Assembly (NCBI GenBank): GCA_963717255.1
Contig: CAVQVT010000013.1
Location: 96,760-160,759, forward strand
DNA length: 64,000 nucleotides
Direction: 5' to 3'
Origin: an uncultured Chloroflexia bacterium
GTDB taxonomy: Bacteria; Chloroflexota; Limnocylindria; Limnocylindrales; CSP1-4
Shown: positions 17,485 to 26,560 of the stretch, in pieces
Layout: each line of letters starts with the position of its first letter
Numbering within the stretch: the first letter of the stretch is position 1
Position numbers and translations under genes: made by a program
Notes under the pieces: generated by a model
Seen by the model: the letters and a program-made list of their open reading frames with translations, nothing else
What the model was told of the DNA's origin: nothing
Databases searched by the model: none

Positions 17485-20313
17485 ATGGCGCTCTTCGCCG
17501 GAACACCGGCGCTCATCGGCCGCGAGGCCGAGCACGCGGCGGTCGCGACGTTCCTCGACGCCATCGCGCAGGGCCCGGCGGCGCTTGTCCTCACGGGACC
17601 CGTCGGGATCGGCAAGACCACGCTCTGGCGGGCGTTGCTCGCCGACGCGCGCCGCCGCGGCTATCGCACGATGGAGACCCGAGCCGTCGAGGCCGAGGCG
17701 CAGCTGGCGTTCGGCGGCCTCGCCGACCTCCTGGACCCGTCCGTCGACGAGGTCCTGGACGGACTCCCCCCGGCGCAGCGCACCGCCCTCGAGGTCGCGC
17801 TCCAGCGGGTCCCGGTGGCGGACAACGCCCCACCACCGCTCGCCGTGTCCCTCGGCGCACTTGCCGCGATCCGGGCGCTTGCGGAGCGCGCGCCCGTGAT
17901 CGTCGCCGTCGACGACCTGGCATGGCTGGACGGACCATCCGCCCGTGTCCTGGAGTACGTCACGCGGCGCCTCGGCGAGGCACAGGTCGGCTTCGCCCCG
18001 ACGATCCGCGCCGATGCTCCGGACGCGGCGATGCCGGCGGCCGTGTCCGGCTTCGCCGGGCCCGTGGAGCGACTCCACGTCGGGCCGCTCGACCTCGGCG
18101 AGATCGACGCGCTCGTCCGACGTGAGCTCGGTCTCTCGCTGCGACGGCCGGCCCTCGCCTGGATCCTGTCCGGATCGGGCGGCAACCCGTTCCTCGCGCT
18201 CGAGATCGCACGGGCGGTCCAGCGGGGCGGGGTCCAACCCGGGCTCGAGGGCCTCTCGATCTCGACGGCCACGAGCGACCTCGTGCGCGAACGCCTTGAC
18301 GCGCTCCCGGGATCCGTCCGCTGGCCGCTCGCTGCCGTCGCCGCGCTCGGGAGCCCGACGATCGGGCTGGTGACGACAGCCGTCCCCGGCGCCGGCGACG
18401 TGCTCGGGGCCGTGCTGTCCGCCGGAGTGGTGGAGATCGATTCGGGCCGCGTGCGCTTCACGCACCCGCTGCTCGCGGCCGGCGCGTACGGCCGTCTCGA
18501 CCCGGTGGAGCGACGCGGCCTCCATGCCCGGCTGGCGGAGATCGTGGTCGAGCCGGAGCAGCACGCGCGACACCTCGCCCTGTCCGTGGACTCGGCGAGC
18601 GAGGCGGTGGCATCGGAGCTCGACAGGGCGGCGACATACGCGCGGGCGCGAGGCGGAACGGACGCGGCCGCCGAGCTCGAGCTCCAGGCGGCGAGACTCA
18701 CGCGCGTCGACGACCCGGACGCCCTGAAGCGCCGCACGATCGCCGCGGGCGTCTACTTCATCCAGGCCGGCGACCCGACCCGTGCTCGCGCCGTCCTTGA
18801 GGGATACGTCGCAGCGGCCGAGCGCGGAGCCCGGCGAGCGGATGCCCTGCTCGTGCTCGCCGATGCCCGGTCGAGCGACGACTGGCAGGCGAAGGTCGGC
18901 CTCCTGGAGGAGGCGCTCGACGAGGCGGAGGCGGATCATCGACTCCGGAGCCAGATCCTGCAGGCTCTTGCCCAGACGAAGTACCACACGGCTCGCGACG
19001 CGCGCGGCGGGGTGGCGCTCGCCCTCGCGGCGGTGGCCGAGGCGGAATCGCAGGCCGATCCCGCCGCACGATGCTCGGCCTACCTCGCGGCGGTCTTCGC
19101 CCGCCTCAACGCCGGTGAAGACCTCGACGTGGATCTGCTCGAACGCGCGATGGTGCTCGCGCCCCTGGTCGAGCACGAGCGCGTGTTCCTCTGGCCGGCC
19201 TACGCGAAGGCGCTCACGGACGCGTCCTGTGACCGCCTCGACGAGGCGATCACGAGCCTCCTGGACCTTCGTGGGCGTGCTGAGGTGGTCGGCGACTGGG
19301 ACTCGCTGCCGCTCATCTCCGGCAGCCTCGCGTCCGCGGCCTTCCGTGGCGGGGCATGGCGCGAGGCCCAGGGTCACGCGATCGACGCGGAGCGAGGCTC
19401 ACGCCAGAACGGCCAGGCCGAGGGCCTGTCGTTCGCGCTCAGCGTTCGGGCGCTGATCGAGGTCGGTCTCGGGAACGAGGATGCCGGGCGACTGGCGGCC
19501 GAGGAGGGCCTGGCCCTCGCCCGGGAGGTCCGAGGGCGCGCGACTGAGCTGGCCAATCGCGCTGCGCTCGGCTTCCTCGACCTGTCGAGGGGAGACCTCT
19601 CGGCCGCCGAGGCCGAGCTGCGCCTTGCGGTGGAACCGTGGCTCGAGGAAGGGTACCTGAGCCCATCCGTTCTCGAATGGCTCCCGGACTGGGCCGGGGC
19701 GCTCGTCGCCCTCGACCGCGTCGACGAGGCGAACGGACTGCTCGACGCGTTCGAGGAAGTGGCCCTGCGCCTCGATCTCCCGTCCGCCCTCGCCGCGAGC
19801 CTGCGGATCCGCGGGCTGGTGGCCGCGGCCGGCGGGGACGAGGAAGGTTCGATGCGTTCCTTCGTCCGGGCACTCAGCCACCACGATCGTGTCTCCGAGC
19901 CGTTCGAGCGAGGCCGCACGCTCCTTGCCCAGGGTGAGTCCCTCCGTCGCTTCCGACAGCGGGGCCGCGCACGGGAGGCGCTCGGTGCGGCCGCCGCGGT
20001 CTTCGAGCGTCTCGGCGCACGTCGCTGGCACGAACGCGCGACCGCGGAGCTGGCCCGGACCGGACATCGCGAGGTCGGGGCGTCGCTCACCGCGACCGAG
20101 CGACAGGTGGCTGAGCTCGTTGCGGCCGGCCGGACCAACCGCGAGGTCGCCGAGTCGCTGTTCATGAGCTCGCACACCGTCGAGGCGCACCTGACCCGCA
20201 TCTACCGAAGCCTGGGCGTCCGCGGTCGAACGGAGCTGGCCCGGGCGCTGTCCGCACCGGCGACCGACGGGGGAGGCGCCTCGGGCGCTGCACCGAACGA
20301 GGGGAACGGATAG
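17485..20313 (+). CDS. Large ATP-binding (STAND/AAA) LuxR-family regulator
   Basis: LIGREAE, Walker A GPVGIGKTT, VDDLAWLD, GGNPFLA, RFTHPLL, TPR-like middle, C-terminal LuxR HTH; TACCAT -10 just upstream. Confidence 0.92.
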   Translation: MALFAGTPALIGREAEHAAVATFLDAIAQGPAALVLTGPVGIGKTTLWRALLADARRRGYRTMETRAVEAEAQLAFGGLADLLDPSVDEVLDGLPPAQRTALEVALQRVPVADNAPPPLAVSLGALAAIRALAERAPVIVAVDDLAWLDGPSARVLEYVTRRLGEAQVGFAPTIRADAPDAAMPAAVSGFAGPVERLHVGPLDLGEIDALVRRELGLSLRRPALAWILSGSGGNPFLALEIARAVQRGGVQPGLEGLSISTATSDLVRERLDALPGSVRWPLAAVAALGSPTIGLVTTAVPGAGDVLGAVLSAGVVEIDSGRVRFTHPLLAAGAYGRLDPVERRGLHARLAEIVVEPEQHARHLALSVDSASEAVASELDRAATYARARGGTDAAAELELQAARLTRVDDPDALKRRTIAAGVYFIQAGDPTRARAVLEGYVAAAERGARRADALLVLADARSSDDWQAKVGLLEEALDEAEADHRLRSQILQALAQTKYHTARDARGGVALALAAVAEAESQADPAARCSAYLAAVFARLNAGEDLDVDLLERAMVLAPLVEHERVFLWPAYAKALTDASCDRLDEAITSLLDLRGRAEVVGDWDSLPLISGSLASAAFRGGAWREAQGHAIDAERGSRQNGQAEGLSFALSVRALIEVGLGNEDAGRLAAEEGLALAREVRGRATELANRAALGFLDLSRGDLSAAEAELRLAVEPWLEEGYLSPSVLEWLPDWAGALVALDRVDEANGLLDAFEEVALRLDLPSALAASLRIRGLVAAAGGDEEGSMRSFVRALSHHDRVSEPFERGRTLLAQGESLRRFRQRGRAREALGAAAAVFERLGARRWHERATAELARTGHREVGASLTATERQVAELVAAGRTNREVAESLFMSSHTVEAHLTRIYRSLGVRGRTELARALSAPATDGGGASGAAPNEGNG

Positions 20314-20403
20314 GGGTTCCCACGATATCGCCGCACAGCTCGCGATCCGATGATCGGTGACGTCGGAAGACCGACCTTCATGGATCGAACAGGAGCGTGC
20401 GAG

Positions 20404-20937
20404 ATGGACCAGATCAGCAGGATGCGCGACCGGCGGTCGAACCTGGTGCCGGTCGGAGTGGCCGGGATCGTCGTGGCGGGCGCACTCGTCGTGGGCGCGT
20501 TCGCCGCCGGCGCCGGCACGGCCGGGCGCGCTGCCGTGGCACCCGCGACCGCCGGGACCGCCGCGGCCGCTCCCGCAGCACCCGCGGCCGGCTCGGTCGC
20601 GTCGCGCCTCGACAGCGAGTACCTCCGGCGGATCGCGCAGGGCTGGACCGCGGCCGCTCCCGCTGCGGCCGCACCCGCGGCCGGCTCGGTCGCGTCCCGC
20701 CTCGACAGCGAGTACCTCCGGCGGATCGCGCAGGGCTGGACCGCCGGGACCGCTGCGGCCGCTCCCGCGGCACCCGCCGCCGGCTCGGTCGCGTCCCGCC
20801 TCGACAGCGAGTACCTCCGGCGGATCGCGCAGGGCTGGACCGCGGCCGCTCCCGCTGCGGCCGCACCCGCCGCCGGCTCGGTCGCGTCGCGCCTCGACAG
20901 CGAGTACCTCCGGGGGATCGCGCACGGCTGGAAGTAG
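20404..20937 (+). CDS. Secreted or membrane-anchored protein with four tandem GSVASRLDSEYLRRIAQGW cores
   Basis: AGGAG RBS; N-terminal basic + hydrophobic segment; cores start at 20590, 20683, 20782 and 20875, separated by Ala/Pro linkers. Confidence 0.8.
   Translation: MDQISRMRDRRSNLVPVGVAGIVVAGALVVGAFAAGAGTAGRAAVAPATAGTAAAAPAAPAAGSVASRLDSEYLRRIAQGWTAAAPAAAAPAAGSVASRLDSEYLRRIAQGWTAGTAAAAPAAPAAGSVASRLDSEYLRRIAQGWTAAAPAAAAPAAGSVASRLDSEYLRGIAHGWK
20549..20932 (+). repeat. In-frame coding tandem repeat (93/99-bp units forming a 192-bp higher-order duplication)
   Basis: Unit spacings of 93, 99 and 93 bp; few differences between units, mostly synonymous. Confidence 0.9.
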
Positions 20938-20952
20938 CCCGACACGGCCGGC

Positions 20953-20990
20953 GAAGGGTCGGCACCGCTCGTCCCCGGTGCCGACCCTTC
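20953..20990 (+). terminator. Stem-loop after the repeat-protein gene
   Basis: gaagggtcggcaccg-N8-cggtgccgacccttc, a perfect 15-bp stem. Confidence 0.7.
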
Positions 20991-20996
20991 ATCGCT

Positions 20997-21125
20997 GAAC
21001 CGGGCCTTCTGTGGGCGGTCCGCGGTGCCGGCGGCAGCATCGGCGTGGCGACCCGCTTCCCGGCCCGGGTCCACGACCTGCCGTCCATCTACGGCGGGAT
21101 GCTCGTCCTGCCGGGGACCCCCCGG
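20997..21125 (+). pseudogene. Fragment of an FAD-binding (VAO/BBE-family) oxidoreductase
   Basis: Translates as EPGLLWAVRGAGGSIGVATRFPARVHDLPSIYGGMLVLPGTP, like the family's LFWALRGGGGNFGVVTRF motif; no start codon or remaining gene. Confidence 0.65.
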
Positions 21126-21300
21126 ACATCCTCGCGGGCTCGTCGCGACCCTGGGTCGCGTGCCGCCCGTCTGACGGGCACGGGCCCGCGGACGTCAGGA
21201 GAAGCGGGGGGAACCGCGCGGGCGCGCCCACAGGGTCCGGCCGGTGCCCCGCGGCGTGTGCCCGTGCCGGCGTCGATCAGCACCCCCGGGAGCCGGCCGC

Positions 21301-21822
21301 TCAGCCCGGCGCGTGCTCGAGGAGGGTCTCCATCCGGCGCAGCCCGTCGGCCGGGACCTGGTGCGTCTCGAACGGATGATGCGGCGGCCCGGAGACCGTG
21401 AGCGGGGCCTGCTCGACGTCGGCGGGCGTGGACCAGCCGTGCAGCGTGACGGCGCCGTCGTCGAGCGCGCACCACACGATCGCGTCGGCCTTGCGCCGGA
21501 CCACGGGGATGTGGCCGGGTGTGACGCTCCGACCCAGCTCCGCCCAGCGGGCCGCATGCCACGTCATGACCTCGACCCGGACGCCGCCGACCACGAGGTC
21601 CTCGCGGGTCGCGAGCCGCAGGTCGCGAAACGGCGCTTCGACGTGGACGCCCAGGGTCCGGGCCCACTTCTCGACCGCGACCTCGCCGAGCTTCCGCTTC
21701 CGATGGCTGGGCCCGAGGTTGTTCGGGTAGCGGTGGTGCGTCCGGAACTCCGCGAACGCCAGGTCGCCGAGGTGGTGCGCCTCCGCGATCTCGGCTTCGG
21801 AGAGAGGGATGACGACGGACAC
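21301..21822 (-). CDS. PD-(D/E)XK-like nuclease-fold protein, probably degenerate
   Basis: KLGEVAVE...EDLVVGGVRVEVMT...V.LHGW pattern; the catalytic Lys position is Met. Confidence 0.5.
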   Translation of the reverse strand: MSVVIPLSEAEIAEAHHLGDLAFAEFRTHHRYPNNLGPSHRKRKLGEVAVEKWARTLGVHVEAPFRDLRLATREDLVVGGVRVEVMTWHAARWAELGRSVTPGHIPVVRRKADAIVWCALDDGAVTLHGWSTPADVEQAPLTVSGPPHHPFETHQVPADGLRRMETLLEHAPG

Positions 21823-22033
21823 TGGCAACCCCGTGGAGCGACGTCCCGGCACGACCGTCGGCCGGGCCCGCGCAGTCTAGGGCAGACGGCGCGACGAGGT
21901 CGTGCCCGCACCCGGCGCAGTCCACCGGTCGCCCTCGGTGGAGCCGTCGCCTTCGCCCGGGGGCGGCGGGCCTTCCTCAGCCGCGCGGCAACGCCGGCGA
22001 TGCGAGGCCCAGCGCCGTGTGTGCTCGTGCGAG

Positions 22034-22075
22034 TGGCTGAGGTGGAGCGATCCGAACACTCGACCTCCGACCCCG
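22034..22075 (-). other. Degenerate tRNA 3'-half (tRNA-Pro-like), possible att remnant
   Basis: Minus strand reads CGGGG TCGGA GGTC GAGTG TTCGGAT CGCTC CACCTCA G CCA: T-stem/loop, acceptor strand and CCA; no 5' half. Confidence 0.5.
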
Positions 22076-22124
22076 TTCGCCCCCTGACCACTCTCGCGGG
22101 CCGAGCTTCAGCGGGCAGGGCGCC

Positions 22125-22844
22125 TCATGCTTCGAACGGCTGCAGCTTCTCCTGCCCCGTGAAGAGCACGCGGTAGACGAGCCCGCCGATCACACCGCCG
22201 ACCAGCGGGGCGAGCCAGAACAGCCACAGCTGGGCGATGGCCCAGCTGCCCTGGAAGAGCGCGACGCCGGTGCTGCGCGCCGGGTTCACCGACGTGTTGG
22301 TGACCGGGATGCTGATGAGGTGGATCAGCGTGAGGGTGAGACCGATCGCGATCGGGGCGAAGCCGGCCGGCGCGCGGCGGTCGGTCGCGCCCATGATGGC
22401 GAGCACGAAGAAGGCGGTCAGCAGGACCTCGACGATCGCCGCCGACAGCAGCGAGTAGCCACCCGGCGAATGCTCGGCGAAGCCGTTCGACGCGAAGCCG
22501 GCGCTGGCATCGAAGCCGGGCTGGCCGCTGGCGACCACGTACAGCACGCCGCCGGCGGCGATCGCGGCGACCACCTGCACGACGATGTACGGGAGGAGGT
22601 CGCGCAGGTCGAACCGGCCCCCGGCCAGCAGGCCGAGCGACACCGCCGGATTGAAGTGGCCGCCAGAGATGTGTCCCACGGCGTACACCATCGTCAGCAC
22701 CGTGAGACCGAACGCGATCGAGACCCCGAGATACCCGATGCCGACATCGGGGATCCCCGCGGCCAGCACCGCGGCACCGCAGCCGCCGAACACCAGCCAG
22801 AACGTGCCGAGGAACTCGGCACCGAGTCGCTTGCTCATGGGCAT
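22125..22844 (-). CDS. aqpZ: Aquaporin Z
   Basis: [40 protein letters not shown]. Confidence 0.96.
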   Translation of the reverse strand: MPMSKRLGAEFLGTFWLVFGGCGAAVLAAGIPDVGIGYLGVSIAFGLTVLTMVYAVGHISGGHFNPAVSLGLLAGGRFDLRDLLPYIVVQVVAAIAAGGVLYVVASGQPGFDASAGFASNGFAEHSPGGYSLLSAAIVEVLLTAFFVLAIMGATDRRAPAGFAPIAIGLTLTLIHLISIPVTNTSVNPARSTGVALFQGSWAIAQLWLFWLAPLVGGVIGGLVYRVLFTGQEKLQPFEA

Positions 22845-23055
22845 CGCGCTCTTCTCCCTCAGTGGCGTGAGACACGAAACGGTGCCAATCCTACCCTGTG
22901 GGGCGAGCCCGCCGGCGGCGGCGCCTGAGCACCATCCAGCCGGTGGCGGGGCACGCCTGCGCCATCCCCCGGAAGGGTCATAGCGGCCGTCCGTCCATCG
23001 GCCCTAGAATCCCGCGCACCGACGGCCACGTCGCATCCGGGAGGCGCCGCGGATC

Positions 23056-25257
23056 ATGTCCCTGCTCCGTCGCATGGAGAAGCTCCAGCAGGAGGCTGCC
23101 GCGCGCGCGGCCGATGCCAGCGCGGCCGAGACGCCGACTCTGCCGGCCGACACGCTGGCCGGCGATCCGGCGGCGGTCGCCGCTCCGGCGGCGCTGCCAG
23201 CCGACCCGGATGCTGCCGGGCCGGGCGAGTCGGATCCCGCCCCGCGCTCCGCTCTCGCTCCCGCAGCGGCGGATCCCGCACCCGCTCCGGCCGCGCCATC
23301 GCCCCCGAGCGCGGCCGCGGTCATCGCTGCAGCCGCGGCGGCGGCCACCGCCGCCGCGACGGGCGCGCCACCCCCCGCCCCTCCGACCTCTGCCGGGACC
23401 GCGCCGGGCACGCCCGCCGTCCTGCCCGCCGCACCCCAGGCCGCGCGGATGGCGGCCCGATCCGCGGTCCGCGAGGACATGCTCCGCGACGTCCGCATCC
23501 GCCTCCGGACGGAGGCGGCACGCTCGTCGGCATCCCTGGCGGCCGTCGCGGGACCGGACCTCCGCGGTCGCATCGAGGCGATGGTGGACCGGGTCATCGG
23601 CCTCAGCGGGTACGCGGTCACCCGCGACGAGCGGCTCCGCCTGATCGAGGACATGGTCGCCGGGATCCAGGGCTTCGGGCCCATCGAGACGTTCCTGAAG
23701 GACGAGACGGTCACCGAGGTCATGGTCAACGGCCCCGACCAGATCTACATCGAGCGGGCCGGGAAGATCCATCTGACGGACGCCGCCTTCCTCAGCGACG
23801 ACCACGTGCGGCAGATCATCGACCGGATCGTCAGCCCGATCGGCCGGCGGATCGACCAGTCGAGTCCCCGGGTGGACGCCCGCCTACCCGACGGCTCGCG
23901 CGTCAACGTCATCATCGAGCCGCTCTCCCTCGTCGGACCCGTCATCACCATCCGGAAGTTCTCCGCCCACCCGTACACCGTCGACGACCTCGTCCGGTTC
24001 GGGACCGCCACGGCTGAGATGTTCGACTTCCTGCGCGTCTGCGTGGAAGCCCAGTTGAATATCTTCGTGTCCGGCGGGACCGGGTCGGGGAAGACCACGA
24101 CCCTCAACGTGCTCTCATCCTTCATCCCGGAGGATGAGCGGATCGTCACCATCGAGGACGCGGCCGAGCTGCAGCTCCGACAGATGCACGTCGTCACGCT
24201 GGAGAGCCGCCCTCCCAACCTGGAGGGCCTCGGCGAGATCACGATCCGCGACCTCCTGCGCAACGCGCTCCACATGCGCCCGGACCGGATCATCGTGGGC
24301 GAGTGCCGGGCGGGCGAGGCGCTCGACATGATCCAGGCGATGACAGTCGGGCACGAGGGCTCCCTCTCGACCGGCCATGCGAACAGCCCGGCGGACATGC
24401 TCCGGCGCCTCGAGACCATGGTCCTCATGGCGGGGGTGGACCTCCCGCTCCGGTCCATCCGCGAGCAGATCGCCTCCGCGGTCGACGTGATCGTCCACAC
24501 CGCCCGCCTGAAGGACGGCTCCCGGAAGGTCGTCAACATCACCGAGGTGTACGGGATCGAGGACGATCGCATCCTCCTGCAGGACGTCTTCGCCTTCCAA
24601 CAGACCGGCATGCGGGACGGACGGGTCGAGGGCGCGCTCCTGCCGACCGGGATCCGGCCGACCTTCATGGGGAGGTTCAAGGCGAGCGGGATCCAGCTGC
24701 CGCCGGGCGAGTTCGGCATCCCCGCGTTCGACCCATCCCGCCCCGGCCAGGTCCGCGCCGGCAAGTCGCGCTGGGCGAGCGAGGCCGCCACGCAGGACGG
24801 GAAGCCCGCGCCGGTCACCGTCGGGCATGGACGGGTCGCGAAAGCCGGCGGCATGGTCTACGTCTCCGCGATGGGACCGGTCGACCCGGAGACCGGGCAG
24901 CTCGTCGGGGTCGGCGTCCGGGATCAGACCGTCCAGTGCATGCGCAACGTCCAGGCGCGCCTGGAGGCCGAAGGAAGCGGGCTCGACAGGATCGTCTGGG
25001 CGAGCTGGGCGCTGCGCGACCCGTCCGACTTCGACGCGTTCGACGAGGAGTGGGTGCGCTGGTTCCCGGGCGACGCACCCGTCGGCCAGGCGACGCTCAT
25101 GACGCCGGCGCATCGCCGCGCCGGCTTCCGGGTCTCCATCGGCGTCATCGCGCAGGCGGACGCTGATCCGGGCCCGCGGGCGGCCGGGGATCCGGCCCCC
25201 GGCGACGCGCCGGCCGCGAGGACGTCGCACTCGGGGACGCCGCGCCGGAAGCGGTGA
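23056..25257 (+). CDS. cpaF: TadA/CpaF-family secretion ATPase with Ala/Pro-rich N-terminus and C-terminal Rid (YjgF/UK114)-like domain
   Basis: EVMVNGP, VDARLPDGSR, GGTGSGKTT, TIEDAAEL, MRPDRIIVGE; tail MVYVSAMGPVDPETG..QTVQCMRNV..DFDAFDEEW..WF. Confidence 0.88.
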   Translation: MSLLRRMEKLQQEAAARAADASAAETPTLPADTLAGDPAAVAAPAALPADPDAAGPGESDPAPRSALAPAAADPAPAPAAPSPPSAAAVIAAAAAAATAAATGAPPPAPPTSAGTAPGTPAVLPAAPQAARMAARSAVREDMLRDVRIRLRTEAARSSASLAAVAGPDLRGRIEAMVDRVIGLSGYAVTRDERLRLIEDMVAGIQGFGPIETFLKDETVTEVMVNGPDQIYIERAGKIHLTDAAFLSDDHVRQIIDRIVSPIGRRIDQSSPRVDARLPDGSRVNVIIEPLSLVGPVITIRKFSAHPYTVDDLVRFGTATAEMFDFLRVCVEAQLNIFVSGGTGSGKTTTLNVLSSFIPEDERIVTIEDAAELQLRQMHVVTLESRPPNLEGLGEITIRDLLRNALHMRPDRIIVGECRAGEALDMIQAMTVGHEGSLSTGHANSPADMLRRLETMVLMAGVDLPLRSIREQIASAVDVIVHTARLKDGSRKVVNITEVYGIEDDRILLQDVFAFQQTGMRDGRVEGALLPTGIRPTFMGRFKASGIQLPPGEFGIPAFDPSRPGQVRAGKSRWASEAATQDGKPAPVTVGHGRVAKAGGMVYVSAMGPVDPETGQLVGVGVRDQTVQCMRNVQARLEAEGSGLDRIVWASWALRDPSDFDAFDEEWVRWFPGDAPVGQATLMTPAHRRAGFRVSIGVIAQADADPGPRAAGDPAPGDAPAARTSHSGTPRRKR

Positions 25258-25452
25258 CCGGCCCGCGGGCGCCTGTCGCGGCCGCGCCAGGGATCCGGCC
25301 GCCGGATCCCTGCACCGGGTCGCGCACCGTGGCGGCGCCGGACGGCGCGGTGCCGGGGTGGCCGGGGGCGTCGCTTCCCTCGCGCCGTAGAGTAGGGCGG
25401 GGACGGCTGGCGGCCGCTGTCTGCGGCTGCGCATACCTCGCTGGAGGGAGAG

Positions 25453-25857
25453 ATGAAGATCGAGGAGATCGAGGGCATCGGGCCCGTGTTCGCCGAGAAG
25501 CTCCAGACCGCCGGCATCGAGTCGGTCGAGGAGCTGCTCGAGAAGGGCGCGTCGCGCGCCGGCCGGGTGGCGATCGCCGACGCGACGGGCATCGAGGGCG
25601 GGAAGATCCTCGAGTGGGTCAACCACGCTGACCTCATGCGAATCAAGGGCGTCGGCTCCCAGTACTCCGACCTGCTGGAGGCCGCCGGCGTCGACTCGCC
25701 CGCCGAGCTGGCCCGGCGCAACGCGACGAATCTCGCCGACGCCTTCCAGTCCGTCGTCGCGGAGCGGCCGGGCATCGTGCGCCGCGTCCCGACGGAGGCC
25801 GAGATCGCCGGCTGGATCGCCGAGGCGAAGGACCTGCCGAAGGTCGTGGAGCACTGA
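25453..25857 (+). CDS. DUF4332 (HhH) protein
   Basis: IEEIEGIGP, ILEWVNHADLMRIKGVG, LLEAAGVD, ELARRN. Confidence 0.88.
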   Translation: MKIEEIEGIGPVFAEKLQTAGIESVEELLEKGASRAGRVAIADATGIEGGKILEWVNHADLMRIKGVGSQYSDLLEAAGVDSPAELARRNATNLADAFQSVVAERPGIVRRVPTEAEIAGWIAEAKDLPKVVEH

Positions 25858-25860
25858 TCC

Positions 25861-26265
25861 ATGGCCGCCAAGCCCAGCGCGGGGGGGTTCCGCGCCTTCC
25901 TGACCAAGACGAACGCCCTGGCTCTGGCCGTCGGCGTCATCATCGGCGCCGCCACGGGTGCGCTCGTCAACTCGCTGGTCAACAACATCATCATGCCGCC
26001 CATCGGCTGGGCCCTCGGCGGCATCGACTTCGCGGCCATGAAGATCGTCCTCGGCACGAACGCCAAGGGCGAGGAGGTCGCGATCGCCTACGGCCTCTTC
26101 ATCAACTCGCTCATCTCGTTCGTCATCCTCATGCTGGTGGTGTACCTCCTCGCGATGTGGTTCATCCGCGAGGAGCCTGCCGCCCCCAGCAAGGAGTGCC
26201 CCTTCTGCAAGGAGGCGAACGCCGAGACCGCGACGAAGTGCAAGTTCTGCGCGAGCGCGATCTGA
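25861..26265 (+). CDS. mscL: Large-conductance mechanosensitive channel with C-terminal zinc ribbon
   Basis: FRAFL..N..LAVGVIIG, SLV.NIIMP, YGLFIN; tail CPFC...ATKCKFC. Confidence 0.9.
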   Translation: MAAKPSAGGFRAFLTKTNALALAVGVIIGAATGALVNSLVNNIIMPPIGWALGGIDFAAMKIVLGTNAKGEEVAIAYGLFINSLISFVILMLVVYLLAMWFIREEPAAPSKECPFCKEANAETATKCKFCASAI

Positions 26266-26288
26266 CGGCCTGAGCGCCGGAACCACGA

Positions 26289-26331
26289 CCAGGAGAGGGG
26301 CCCGGCCGAGCTGGGCCCCTCTCCTGGGTTT
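26289..26331 (+). terminator. Intrinsic terminator-like hairpin
   Basis: ccaggagaggggccc...gggcccctctcctgg followed by gttt, just after mscL. Confidence 0.75.
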
Positions 26332-26446
26332 CGCCGGCCCGCTCTCCGGCCGACGCGAGCGGTGGGATCGCGGATCGAGTCCGACGCCGCCGACGTGACG
26401 GATGACACTTGGCGCGGCGCCGCCGACGAGCGCAGCGTGGGCCCGC

Positions 26447-26521
26447 ACGCGGGAGGCGAGGACGCGCGGGCCGGATCCAGGTCGCCGGGCCCGCGCCGAG
26501 CCACTGGCGAGACCGACCCGC
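26447..26521 (+). ncRNA. c-di-GMP-II-like riboswitch (GAG-type pocket), copy 2
   Basis: GGA-GGC-GAG-GA-[GCGCGGGCC...GGCCCGCGC]-C-GA-GCC-ACU-GGCGA-GACCGACC; loop UCGCC pairs with GGCGA; 40 nt upstream of ATG 26561. Confidence 0.8.
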
Positions 26522-26560
26522 CGTCGACGGGCCGCCCGATGATGGGGCGGAGGGGGAGCG

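Noticed and set aside
14729-17506. 925-aa HtpX-membrane protein fusion in the ORF track
   Set aside because: Created by the frameshift near 15918; it runs out of frame across marR, and the downstream gene has its own RBS and start.
20549-20932. Possible CRISPR or ncRNA array (conserved units with linkers)
   Set aside because: Spacings are multiples of 3, linkers are themselves repeated and changes are mostly synonymous, so this is a coding repeat.
22034-22110. Functional tRNA gene
   Set aside because: No D-arm or matching 5' acceptor strand; kept only as a fragment.
26197-26250. Zinc ribbon on MscL as a novelty
   Set aside because: The CPxC...CxxC tail is a common MscL variant.
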